From sequence record MT133560.1: 64,000 nucleotides of DNA, one strand, 5' to 3'. The first letter of the stretch is position 1, and each line of letters starts with the position of its first letter. The position numbers were made by a program, and so were the translations under genes. A model generated the notes under the pieces. The model ran no database searches. It saw nothing but the letters and a program-made list of their open reading frames with translations, and had not been told where the DNA came from. Shown here piece after piece: positions 27,699-36,532 of the stretch.

Positions 27699-28076
27699 AT
27701 GAAATACGTCTTCTCGCTCATTATCACTATGGTAGCAATGTCGGTTAATGCACAACCCGTAACCGTGTCATCTTGCTACGTGCTGCACAGCTTGGCAAAG
27801 AATATGGTTCAATTCTACACTAATGGCGGTGAGCCATTGGAGATGTATGCAATACTGCAAGATGAACTATCCATTGCCATAGATAAAAACCAGAGTGATA
27901 AGGCACTCGCTATTAATATCGCATTGGATAATGTCGATGTAATATACCAAAATCTCACTGATCCCGCACTTAAGCTTTTGGCAAAGAGCGAGGGAAGTGA
28001 TCTTGGTGAGATGCTGACTGAAAAACTCAGTAATGGGTGTTTCAATATAGTCGGCGAGGAGTTGTATGATAACTAG
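27699..28076 (+). CDS. secreted two-cysteine protein
   Basis: Signal ending SVNA; TVSSC ... NGCFNIVGEEL. Confidence 0.85.
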   Translation: MKYVFSLIITMVAMSVNAQPVTVSSCYVLHSLAKNMVQFYTNGGEPLEMYAILQDELSIAIDKNQSDKALAINIALDNVDVIYQNLTDPALKLLAKSEGSDLGEMLTEKLSNGCFNIVGEELYDN

Positions 28077-28305
28077 AATCATCCTAATTGTTGCATGGGT
28101 ATGGGTAATCTCTCTTATGGGAATGATTACGTATGTTCTTTATGATACGTATCAATTTCGTAAGAAATTAGAAATGCCTGTTGTAGAATGGGAAGATAAG
28201 GCGAAGGACACTCCTGTTAAGAAGTGTCCAGATGAAGTATTATTCGCTGAAGACCCAAAGGATGGCAAACTCAAAATGGGATGCCCTGAGAGTTATAAGA
28301 AATAA
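28066..28305 (+). CDS. single-pass membrane protein with Cys pair
   Basis: IILIVAWVWVISLMGMITYVLY; KKCP...MGCP. Confidence 0.75.
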   Translation: MITRIILIVAWVWVISLMGMITYVLYDTYQFRKKLEMPVVEWEDKAKDTPVKKCPDEVLFAEDPKDGKLKMGCPESYKK

Positions 28306-28307
28306 TT

Positions 28308-28327
28308 AGAGGACCTTCGGGTCCTCT
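28308..28327 (+). terminator. intrinsic terminator
   Basis: AGAGGACC-TTCG-GGTCCTCT TTTT. Confidence 0.85.
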
Positions 28328-28387
28328 TTTTAACCGACTGGACGGTTAAAACTAGGTGGGATAAATTAAACTATTTGAGGAAATCTA

Positions 28388-28495
28388 ATGCAACTTAGTA
28401 ATGAACTTTTCTATGTGGGTATGGTAGCTGTATCAATGTCAATCGGTATGCTATTTAGCTATATTTATCACACTCATAAGAAAAAATATAAATAA
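28388..28495 (+). CDS. 35-aa membrane microprotein
   Basis: GAGG RBS; [35 protein letters not shown]. Confidence 0.6.
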   Translation: MQLSNELFYVGMVAVSMSIGMLFSYIYHTHKKKYK

Positions 28496-28498
28496 AGT

Positions 28499-28560
28499 CA
28501 TAAACCCTCTCCCAAAGGAGAGGGCTTTTACATTAAATTTTTTTTGAAATCTATATTACA
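28499..28560 (+). promoter_or_regulatory. terminator + early promoter cassette (class A)
   Basis: CCCTCTCC-CAAA-GGAGAGGG 28505-28524; TATATTAC 28552-28559. Confidence 0.9.
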
Positions 28561-28598
28561 CTAATACAACATTAAACTATTAAATAGGTAATTAAAAA

Positions 28599-28973
28599 AT
28601 GAATGAAAATATTAAACGCTCATTTATTGGTATGCCACTGTCTATCAATATTGGTAAAGATATTGATTTATCAATGTATGAACGAATTGTATTTGTATCA
28701 CAAGTAGATAAAAATGATATAAAATACTTTGTTTATAAATTAAATAAATCCAAATTTAAACATGAACCAAATGTAGTTAATTACGCCGAAACAGATAAGG
28801 ATATTATTATTTATCCCCCGCTTGATTTCATTCAGACAATTAATGAATATTATCGAGTATCATTGGAAAATGAATTTATGTGTCATCCTGTTATTCTAAA
28901 AGCAGATGATAGTAATAATCAAGAAGTATTTTTGAAAACTATTAAAATGGTACATGAGTATGTCGATGAATAA
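28599..28973 (+). CDS. hypothetical early protein
   Basis: TAGGT RBS after early promoter. Confidence 0.8.
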   Translation: MNENIKRSFIGMPLSINIGKDIDLSMYERIVFVSQVDKNDIKYFVYKLNKSKFKHEPNVVNYAETDKDIIIYPPLDFIQTINEYYRVSLENEFMCHPVILKADDSNNQEVFLKTIKMVHEYVDE

Positions 28974-29421
28974 CTGCGCATTTATTAATTTAAGGCAACG
29001 TTTAGTTAATGATAAACTAACCTATGTGATTCATCCCATAGTGAAGGTTTATGATTTCACTAGAAAGGCTATTAGACAATTAACTGATTTTGCTATTTTA
29101 GATAGTTATAACTTCCCAGAGGAAACTTCCAATATTAGTGTTCAGCCAACTATCACAGATGATACTAATAATAGAAATTCTTTGATACATCTTGGGGTTA
29201 TAGAAGAGCCTGATTTTGGACCAACTAGATTATACGCCATCTTAGATAGAGAAATCAAAGATGATTCTAATCTAATTGAAACAACTGATGATGGCTGGTA
29301 TACATTGGATGAGTTAATTCTAGTTGAAGACGATATGGATGAATTCGCGCGACTTATTGTTCAGTACTTGCGAACTATTCCGAGGAAGCCACAATGGTTA
29401 ACTTCGACAAAAGATGTTTAG
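28954..29421 (+). CDS. hypothetical protein
   Basis: Overlapping co-oriented ORF. Confidence 0.75.
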   Translation: MSMSMNNCAFINLRQRLVNDKLTYVIHPIVKVYDFTRKAIRQLTDFAILDSYNFPEETSNISVQPTITDDTNNRNSLIHLGVIEEPDFGPTRLYAILDREIKDDSNLIETTDDGWYTLDELILVEDDMDEFARLIVQYLRTIPRKPQWLTSTKDV

Positions 29422-29624
29422 AAATAGAGCCTAATCAGTTAGGTTATGTATTTACAAAGATCGGTTGGGAAATATGTGTTACTATTGGCATACGACATAT
29501 ATGTGCTAAAACCTATTATACAGTGTATTCACTTAATGATAAATGCATTTATTACATTGAGCATTCAGCGCAATTTACTAAACGCATAAAACCAAACTAT
29601 ATACAAAGGTTTCATGTTCTATGA
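29394..29624 (+). CDS. hypothetical protein
   Basis: GAGGA upstream; ATGA overlap with next ORF. Confidence 0.6.
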   Translation: MVNFDKRCLEIEPNQLGYVFTKIGWEICVTIGIRHICAKTYYTVYSLNDKCIYYIEHSAQFTKRIKPNYIQRFHVL

Positions 29625-30307
29625 TCAATACAACCGATAAAACTATAGTTGGTATAGGATTTGAAACAAAGGTTTCAGATTCACCGATTGAACAACCTGT
29701 AAAGAAAACTAAGACTCCTAAGATAAATAAACAAAAAGAATGGGAGAAAGTAGATGATCCGAGAGAATATACAAAAGAGGAACAAACTTCTCTCTTTGTA
29801 AATTGGCTTCAAAGCACACGTAATTACTGGCATAAACAGTATACCGATACTCAAAATACAGATAAGGCACTATCTATCAGAGATATGCTTGATGGATTTA
29901 TATATAGCATCGCAGCTGGCCTAGATGGCAATGATCCAAATATACCCGGATTCAAACTTATACCTAATGTTACTCAAGAGGATATTGACTACCTAATAAG
30001 TATTGGTGAGAATTATTGGCCAGTAAACCCAGTTGAAAATTTAAAAGATAATATCCGTGCAAAGTGTGATGCAGTTGATATTTCTGGTAATCTACGTTAT
30101 CAAGTTTCTAAGACATTTACGGAACCTTTCAAAGGACCACATGCACTATTGAACCATTTCCTTAGTTTAGCAGGTGAGAAACCTGTTAAGTATTACTCGG
30201 GTAATTTTACGCAAGAGCAACTTGCTATGTTAGTAGAAAAAGCTAAAGAAAAAGCGGAAAAGATACAATCACAAATAGCTGATGATATCAGTCGAATAAT
30301 GCGTTAA
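29621..30307 (+). CDS. hypothetical protein, paralog of 30352..30726
   Basis: LDGNDPNIPGFKLIP vs LDGNNDDCPAFHLIP. Confidence 0.8.
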   Translation: MINTTDKTIVGIGFETKVSDSPIEQPVKKTKTPKINKQKEWEKVDDPREYTKEEQTSLFVNWLQSTRNYWHKQYTDTQNTDKALSIRDMLDGFIYSIAAGLDGNDPNIPGFKLIPNVTQEDIDYLISIGENYWPVNPVENLKDNIRAKCDAVDISGNLRYQVSKTFTEPFKGPHALLNHFLSLAGEKPVKYYSGNFTQEQLAMLVEKAKEKAEKIQSQIADDISRIMR

Positions 30308-30351
30308 TGAACTAATAAATTTATAAGCTACTGATAACAAGGTATGTAATT

Positions 30352-30726
30352 ATGATCTATTTTGAAGGCGATGGTAATGTTAAACCTGTAACACAGGAAC
30401 AAGTTAAAGAACTATTTATTAGTAGTGTTGTCAATATGCGTGATAATGCTATCAATAACTCTAAACTTGATCAATTTACAGAGCCAGCTGATCGGGACAG
30501 GGCTGTAGCAGATAGTGTCATTACAGGCATGCTAGATATACTAGATGGCAATAATGACGATTGCCCAGCGTTTCATTTAATTCCAGCAGTTGGTGAGGAA
30601 GAATATTTAGCGGCTGTAGAAGCAGGTGCTGATTATATCCCTTATGATGATGGTAGTGATAATTATCAACCATTAGATTTAGCTGGTGAACTACGAGATT
30701 ATTTTATCTTTGTTAATAGGGGTTAG
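30352..30726 (+). CDS. hypothetical protein, paralog of 29621..30307
   Basis: See previous. Confidence 0.8.
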   Translation: MIYFEGDGNVKPVTQEQVKELFISSVVNMRDNAINNSKLDQFTEPADRDRAVADSVITGMLDILDGNNDDCPAFHLIPAVGEEEYLAAVEAGADYIPYDDGSDNYQPLDLAGELRDYFIFVNRG

Positions 30727-30728
30727 TA

Positions 30729-31163
30729 ATGACTGAGGTAGTGATTGCACTTATCCTGTCAGCAATTATTGTTTACTTAATTAATATTTTTAAACAATCG
30801 AAAGTAATTTATACTAATGCCATAAATGATAATGTCTTTGTTGTTACTGGTTGTACTTACATATCAGAAAATAATGAGGACGGTACATTAACAACTTTTT
30901 CACCTAAATTAAATAATAGGTTAATAATTGATTTAACTAAAGGTCAACCCAATAAAGACTTTTATATTTCAGTATTAGATAACACACTTAAATTCCATCA
31001 CACTGTTGATGAAATCATCACAGCTAATAAATGGGAAGCTTTATTTAAAATTAGCATAACTAAAGAGGATGTGTGTATCTCAGGAATACCTCTTAAAAAT
31101 AAAAGCATGAAATGTAATTTACACTGGGTTATAGCACCAAGTAAAATGGTGAATAAGTTGTAA
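30729..31163 (+). CDS. single-pass membrane protein
   Basis: VVIALILSAIIVYLINIF. Confidence 0.75.
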   Translation: MTEVVIALILSAIIVYLINIFKQSKVIYTNAINDNVFVVTGCTYISENNEDGTLTTFSPKLNNRLIIDLTKGQPNKDFYISVLDNTLKFHHTVDEIITANKWEALFKISITKEDVCISGIPLKNKSMKCNLHWVIAPSKMVNKL

Positions 31164-31176
31164 TAGTTATTATAAT

Positions 31177-31255
31177 GCCCTCCCATTGCGGGAGGGCTTA
31201 TATTTTATTTTTTTGTATTTAAAGCATTTTAAACAGTATATTACAAATGTGATAT
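31177..31255 (+). promoter_or_regulatory. terminator + early promoter cassette (class B)
   Basis: GCCCTCCC-ATTGC-GGGAGGGC 31177-31197; TATATTAC 31237-31244. Confidence 0.9.
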
Positions 31256-31287
31256 TACTATCTAAATTGCAAATAGGTAAATCAATT

Positions 31288-31647
31288 ATGTTGGACTATG
31301 CTTTGGAAAAGTGTCGTGAAATCCCTTATGTAAAACATCGTCAACGTGTTTATTCAGTCATTACTGATAAACGTGGTAGGATCATTAGTGAAAGCCAAAA
31401 TATGTATGGTAAAACACATCCTGCTCAGAAACGTTATTCTCTAAAAGCAGGATTGTCCGATCTACGTTGTGAGATGCATAGTGAGTTGCGTTCTATCATC
31501 CTCTCCAAGGGAAAAGGATATAGGATCTATGTTGCGCGAGTCGGTTCTGATGGTAGGCCATTAGATGCATATCCGTGTCCCACTTGTCAAATGGCAATTA
31601 ATGACCATGGTAAATTAAAAGAGGTAATTGTATCTATTGGTAAATAA
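31288..31647 (+). CDS. cytidine/dCMP deaminase-fold (Zn) protein
   Basis: HSE and PCPTC Zn/catalytic motifs; ATG 31288 (TAGGT RBS) preferred because ORF-track start 31186 lies in the terminator. Confidence 0.8.
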   Translation: MLDYALEKCREIPYVKHRQRVYSVITDKRGRIISESQNMYGKTHPAQKRYSLKAGLSDLRCEMHSELRSIILSKGKGYRIYVARVGSDGRPLDAYPCPTCQMAINDHGKLKEVIVSIGK

Positions 31648-31692
31648 TAACACTATAGTTAATTTCCTTATTTATTTAAAAAGGAAAATATA

Positions 31693-32223
31693 ATGCCTAA
31701 TGATTATTTAAATAATAAACCATCCAAATATCTTAAGAGGATTCATCTTACAGCAAATGGTACATTGGCTACAACTGTAGAAACATGTCTAGAATATCAA
31801 CCAGTTAGTGATATCCACAAGTTCTATCCTTACTTCAATTTTACACCAGCGGAACTTTGGGATAAATTTTCTGAATCTAGTTTTAATGTACTAACTATTT
31901 TTGGTAAACCAGATACCGGTGAGTCAATCTTCGCTAGAGAAATGTTGAATCATCGAGGCTGGGATGATAAAATTTATTTAGCTGATCGGTCCGATATTTT
32001 AGAACATCCTGAATTCGCTGACCTCATTAGAGGTTTTCCAAATGGATCTGTTATTATTGCCGAAGATGTTGATAAAGTAGTGCGTGCACGTACAGGTGGT
32101 AATGGGGTTATGTCAGCTATCATTAATGCTAGTGAAGAAATTACCAAACGTAATATTAAATTAGTCATCACTACCAGCTTACCAACACTTAAGGATACTG
32201 ATGTAGGCATTTTGATGTTCTAG
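31693..32223 (+). CDS. truncated, Walker-A-degenerate paralog of AAA ATPase 285..1385
   Basis: GKPDTGES replaces GPPGTGKS; ends before the arginine finger. Confidence 0.8.
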   Translation: MPNDYLNNKPSKYLKRIHLTANGTLATTVETCLEYQPVSDIHKFYPYFNFTPAELWDKFSESSFNVLTIFGKPDTGESIFAREMLNHRGWDDKIYLADRSDILEHPEFADLIRGFPNGSVIIAEDVDKVVRARTGGNGVMSAIINASEEITKRNIKLVITTSLPTLKDTDVGILMF

Positions 32224-32243
32224 AATTTAATTAGGATCAAACT

Positions 32244-32666
32244 ATGAAAAATACACACTTAGTTGAAGTAGCAACACATGCTTATTGTCTGGTTGGTGGA
32301 CTTCCTAAACCAGAAGAAATGGATGAGGCTGAAAAAGAGTATTGGGCATCTGTACCAAGTGAGGATATTAAATTAGCTTCATATTGGAAAATGGTCCAAC
32401 CACCACTATATGACCTAGTGATGAAATATAGTGGAATTGATTACGAAAGATTTTATCCTTATCCTGGTGGTCCTTCTCTTAACACTGGCGAACTTGAAAC
32501 ATTCAGGCTTCCAGGTGCAGATGAAGGGGCTCTGGTTTGGCGTGATGTCTGTATTACGTGGTATAAAAGACCAGGTCGATGTATGTGTATTTCTCGTAAT
32601 CTGACTGATGATGAACTCGTACAACTTGAACAGGAACTCATCAAAGCCATCGCAAAACCGGAATAA
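32244..32666 (+). CDS. hypothetical protein
   Basis: TAGGA RBS. Confidence 0.8.
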   Translation: MKNTHLVEVATHAYCLVGGLPKPEEMDEAEKEYWASVPSEDIKLASYWKMVQPPLYDLVMKYSGIDYERFYPYPGGPSLNTGELETFRLPGADEGALVWRDVCITWYKRPGRCMCISRNLTDDELVQLEQELIKAIAKPE

Positions 32667-32719
32667 CTTATAAAAGAAGTTTAACAGATTTTTTTAATCC
32701 AACTAAAAGGAAATTGTAA

Positions 32720-32953
32720 ATGCAACATGTAACTGTAAAGACTATGAACTCTGGACTGAAAGTCATTGATTTGGATGGTATCCGACTCAAAGAAAAAAAT
32801 ATTATCCAGCTACGTTCTATTATGAATCACGATGCAGCAAAGCAATCATCAGCTTTTATGCATCACGATAGCCAGTTCAATAATGTACGTATTGAATTTT
32901 GGCGCGAACCATCAGCGCGAATTATCTCGCTGATTAAAGATGCGGTCGCATGA
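32720..32953 (+). CDS. hypothetical protein
   Basis: AAGGA RBS. Confidence 0.75.
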   Translation: MQHVTVKTMNSGLKVIDLDGIRLKEKNIIQLRSIMNHDAAKQSSAFMHHDSQFNNVRIEFWREPSARIISLIKDAVA

Positions 32954-32980
32954 CCGCTTTCTTTTAAGAAGGTAACTAAT

Positions 32981-33259
32981 ATGTCTATCTCTGATGTAGT
33001 ATTTGAAGCCGCTGTCAAAAGTGGTGTTAGTCTTGAACACCTTGGTAAAGAAGAGCCTATTCTAAAAATTCGCTCTGTTAAAGAAAGTGATGGATGGGAT
33101 ATCATCCTCTATTATCCTGGTAAGATTACCAAGACTGTGAAACTACTATCAAGCGATGTAGCTGGGTCAGATGCATCAAAGTTTATTGAACATGTATTTG
33201 GAGATGTTCAATTTGCTAAAGAAGCAGTACGCAATGCTGAAGGCATTGTAATAAAATAA
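32981..33259 (+). CDS. hypothetical protein
   Basis: AAGGT RBS. Confidence 0.75.
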   Translation: MSISDVVFEAAVKSGVSLEHLGKEEPILKIRSVKESDGWDIILYYPGKITKTVKLLSSDVAGSDASKFIEHVFGDVQFAKEAVRNAEGIVIK

Positions 33260-33283
33260 TCAATCTGGAAAAAGGAAATATAA

Positions 33284-33703
33284 ATGTATCTTGATGAAAA
33301 GTATTGGGCTTATTCTGTAAAAGCTATGGATAACAAACATCCAGTTTTGATGAATGTACATGGTCTTCATTGGTATTCACCGTCTTTGGTTAATTGGAGC
33401 CTAACTGCTGTCAAACGGGATGGGACACTTTCATCAAAAGAAGTGTTTGATATCACTAGCAAATATGTCAGCCATCTCATTGATAATGAAGTTAAAATCG
33501 TTAATGATCAGTTGGTCTACCTGATCAAAAATAATCTGATTAGTGGTATCACTGAGCTTGATGATGGTTTCTTTGTATTTGCAAATATTGATGGCGAGTC
33601 ATGGTCCATGCATGTTGTAATTGAATGCTTGATGGAACATGAAGAAGATTGGGAAAAACTCGCTGCCGTTAAATGCAATGAGTTGGCCATTTCTGCATTC
33701 TAA
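33284..33703 (+). CDS. hypothetical protein
   Basis: AAGGA RBS. Confidence 0.8.
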   Translation: MYLDEKYWAYSVKAMDNKHPVLMNVHGLHWYSPSLVNWSLTAVKRDGTLSSKEVFDITSKYVSHLIDNEVKIVNDQLVYLIKNNLISGITELDDGFFVFANIDGESWSMHVVIECLMEHEEDWEKLAAVKCNELAISAF

Positions 33704-33717
33704 TTAATTATGAAAAT

Positions 33718-33735
33718 GGGGGTCTAAAGACCCCC
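33718..33735 (+). terminator. hairpin, probable terminator
   Basis: GGGGGTCT-AA-AGACCCCC. Confidence 0.65.
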
Positions 33736-33781
33736 TATCTATTTAATAGAATGAAACTAATCTTAATAATGGTGAATACTA

Positions 33782-34078
33782 ATGAATAAATATTACCATT
33801 TGAAGAAACAGAAGGATGCTACATGGACAATTGAATTTCTAGGAAAGATGCGTAATTTTAAATTCAACCATGTAACTAAACAGAATAATAGCTGGGTTAG
33901 CATGGGTATTGAAGGTTATCCAGCACTTAAATTTAACTGTGATGGATTTGGTAGATTAGAAAGTATTCAACCCATTGATGATGATTTAACCATCGATGAA
34001 ATATTTATTCCACGTAAACATTCTGTTTCACAGTGTATCGATATAACAACACTTTACATAGGTGGTCAATGTGACTGA
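33782..34078 (+). CDS. hypothetical protein
   Basis: Co-oriented ORF. Confidence 0.7.
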   Translation: MNKYYHLKKQKDATWTIEFLGKMRNFKFNHVTKQNNSWVSMGIEGYPALKFNCDGFGRLESIQPIDDDLTIDEIFIPRKHSVSQCIDITTLYIGGQCD

Positions 34079-34508
34079 GATAATATTAGTTATTTTATCA
34101 TTGTTTGTTCTTTCAGTCATAACCGGCTATTGTATAACCCGGTTAGAGAAAACCGAAGATATAGCCTATTATGTTAAATCAATTACGTATTACTTAGGTG
34201 AATCCGGTGATACATTTTTTAATAGTGAACCCAAAGTAATACAGCTGGATAACCCTGTAAAACTAGTTTTCACTAATGAACCAGTTCAAATAAAAACACT
34301 TTATTTAGACCTAGATAAGAAAGAATTATATCTTAATCATCCCGAACATGCTTGTATTGTAATGCGTGTTATTTTCTTTTTAAATTATCATAACCAGAAA
34401 AAACTCATCGGTTATTCAGATGAGTACTATCATGACAATGAGTATGTTGATAGTGAGTTTGATATGGTCATAAAGAAAATTAGTGTAGAATGCTATAAAG
34501 GTTTATAA
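34062..34508 (+). CDS. single-pass membrane protein
   Basis: IILVILSLFVLSVITGYCI. Confidence 0.75.
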   Translation: MVNVTEIILVILSLFVLSVITGYCITRLEKTEDIAYYVKSITYYLGESGDTFFNSEPKVIQLDNPVKLVFTNEPVQIKTLYLDLDKKELYLNHPEHACIVMRVIFFLNYHNQKKLIGYSDEYYHDNEYVDSEFDMVIKKISVECYKGL

Positions 34509-34544
34509 TGGTCAATTTTATAGACCATCAATCAGGAGTTAATA

Positions 34545-34976
34545 ATGAGTGTTCTACAACAGCTAGGAAGTTTCCCAGTATATAAGAAAACTAATGGTGA
34601 AACTCGATTTCTATTAGACCATGATGTTGCTATCAGCATGGTTACAACTGAGCAAGGTAGTTTTATGACTGCCCCACTAAAAACAGATGGGGTAGAGTTC
34701 AATCTATCTGAAGTCTTTGGTGATTATAAAAAATTCGATAATGTGATTGTAGATAAACTCTACTATCGTGATTTATCTGGTAAAATGCAGTCTAAAAAAG
34801 TACCAACTATCCCACAGCTTTATAAAGACATGACTGTATTTAAAAGTGGGTATACCACTAAAATAAATAACCTTCGCTGGGGTTATTGTGTAACTATTAA
34901 AAATGATGGTACAGCTAAAATTTGGACAGATTCTAATAGTCCTATTTGTGGTGTGTCAATTCGTTTCACAATGTAA
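34545..34976 (+). CDS. hypothetical protein
   Basis: AGGAG RBS. Confidence 0.8.
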   Translation: MSVLQQLGSFPVYKKTNGETRFLLDHDVAISMVTTEQGSFMTAPLKTDGVEFNLSEVFGDYKKFDNVIVDKLYYRDLSGKMQSKKVPTIPQLYKDMTVFKSGYTTKINNLRWGYCVTIKNDGTAKIWTDSNSPICGVSIRFTM

Positions 34977-34986
34977 CGCCATAATG

Positions 34987-35004
34987 GCCTCCCTTCGGGG
35001 AGGC
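34987..35004 (+). terminator. intrinsic terminator
   Basis: GCCTCCC-TTCG-GGGAGGC TTTTAT. Confidence 0.85.
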
Positions 35005-35038
35005 TTTTATATCCCTTTATATAAACAGGTATATTCAA

Positions 35039-35341
35039 ATGAAAATGAATAATAAGGTAATTGACTCGGCGTCGTATATGTTGGCTAATACCGATAAGTT
35101 CATTAGTACTGTATTCGCTGGTGAAGACCGGTATATTGAGTCCTGTACTGGGCTCATTAGCGCACATGGTGATAAGGTGGAGCAGTACCGTAATGGTTGG
35201 GAAGAGGCTGGATTAGACTTTAATAAAGCACAAATAATCTATCTTCTAACCTATACTAAACTACTAGGTGATACTCCTAAGTATATGTCTAATCAATGGG
35301 TGATTGACAACTATTCTAAATACAGTGAACTATTGCCATAA
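35039..35341 (+). CDS. hypothetical protein
   Basis: CAGGT RBS. Confidence 0.8.
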   Translation: MKMNNKVIDSASYMLANTDKFISTVFAGEDRYIESCTGLISAHGDKVEQYRNGWEEAGLDFNKAQIIYLLTYTKLLGDTPKYMSNQWVIDNYSKYSELLP

Positions 35342-35424
35342 TGCATAAATGGTTTATTATAAGTAAATTTAAAAATATATAATAACCATGCTAAGTTAGA
35401 TAATCATTATTTGAGGTACTCAAA

Positions 35425-35577
35425 ATGGAAGGAATCAAATATGTAGCACTGTTTTTGATTATAGCTATTTTAAGTAGTACATTAGTTGGTATTAATAAAA
35501 TTATTAGTATAGGTGATATCGATGGATATAGATCAGAAAAAGAAAGAATCACCGAAATTCAATCCCATCATAAATAG
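35425..35577 (+). CDS. 50-aa membrane microprotein
   Basis: GAGGT RBS; MEGIKYVALFLIIAILSSTLVGINKII... Confidence 0.65.
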   Translation: MEGIKYVALFLIIAILSSTLVGINKIISIGDIDGYRSEKERITEIQSHHK

Positions 35578-35633
35578 TATCTTTAACAAGTCATGGTTAA
35601 CTGAAGATAAAAGTGGTAAAGAGGTAAAAAGAA

Positions 35634-35936
35634 ATGAGTACAACAGTGAGCTGTCTAGCAAACGTGCTAGCTAATGGTATTAGTCTTATCGCTAAGAATA
35701 AAGTTCAAGTAGGTATGATTCTACAAGCAACACAGGATATTTGGATCATGCGTACTTGTAAAAAGAATGGTTATTTAGAATGGAAGTTTGCTAATGAAGG
35801 TGATGACCTAACCGTATTAGGTGTTGATGAGGGTAATCCCGAAGGCGGCTTTAGAGTTTTAAATGCCGACAATTATAATCAAATTGAAACTGTACAATGT
35901 ACAGATATGGATGATATTCTTCACGCCTATAACTGA
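35634..35936 (+). CDS. hypothetical protein, SH3-like pattern
   Basis: GAGGT RBS. Confidence 0.75.
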   Translation: MSTTVSCLANVLANGISLIAKNKVQVGMILQATQDIWIMRTCKKNGYLEWKFANEGDDLTVLGVDEGNPEGGFRVLNADNYNQIETVQCTDMDDILHAYN

Positions 35937-35944
35937 GGTGATAT

Positions 35945-36157
35945 ATGTCAAATTCATTTAAAGCCGGTGACAAAGTTGTAGTCAATACAGATATTATTAA
36001 TAGCACCGGTGAATGCGGCTATGATCTTACACTATGCAAAGCTGGCACTGTAGTTATAATCGAGTCTGTTAATGGAGACCATCTGTTAGTTTATCCATCT
36101 AATAGTGGTCCTAGTAATGGGTTTTATGTTCATCTACATCAGGTTAATGCACAATGA
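35945..36157 (+). CDS. hypothetical protein, SH3-like pattern
   Basis: GAGGT RBS; FKAGDKVVV. Confidence 0.75.
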   Translation: MSNSFKAGDKVVVNTDIINSTGECGYDLTLCKAGTVVIIESVNGDHLLVYPSNSGPSNGFYVHLHQVNAQ

Positions 36158-36531
36158 AACTTGAATGCGTAAGAGATACTGCACAGATCCTCTATAGTAA
36201 AAGAGCTTTTATAAAAGGTAATTATATTGGTAGCGAATATCATATTTACCAATTACTAACCCATCTTCATCATCGTATCGTTAATGCGCTTATTGAAATA
36301 TATGATGATGATTCACTAACTGATGTGCTAAATAAAAGTCCTGATGATATTATTATCTTGTTCTCTAAACATGCGACTAATGCGTACCAGCATTACAAAG
36401 TTCTTCGCCAAAATATAAATGCTAAGATTGAAGAAGTAAATGCATCACGAAATAGGTATACTCTGTGGTCTAACTTAGTAGAGGATATTCTTAAGTTTAG
36501 ACTATATTGCAGTAAACTAAAGGTGGGTTGA
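36154..36531 (+). CDS. hypothetical protein
   Basis: ATGA overlap. Confidence 0.7.
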   Translation: MKLECVRDTAQILYSKRAFIKGNYIGSEYHIYQLLTHLHHRIVNALIEIYDDDSLTDVLNKSPDDIIILFSKHATNAYQHYKVLRQNINAKIEEVNASRNRYTLWSNLVEDILKFRLYCSKLKVG

Positions 36532-36532
36532 G

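Noticed and set aside
28954-29421. Nudix hydrolase
   Set aside because: C-terminal HLGVI...WYTLDEL is reminiscent, but no Nudix box (GX5EX7REUXEE) is present
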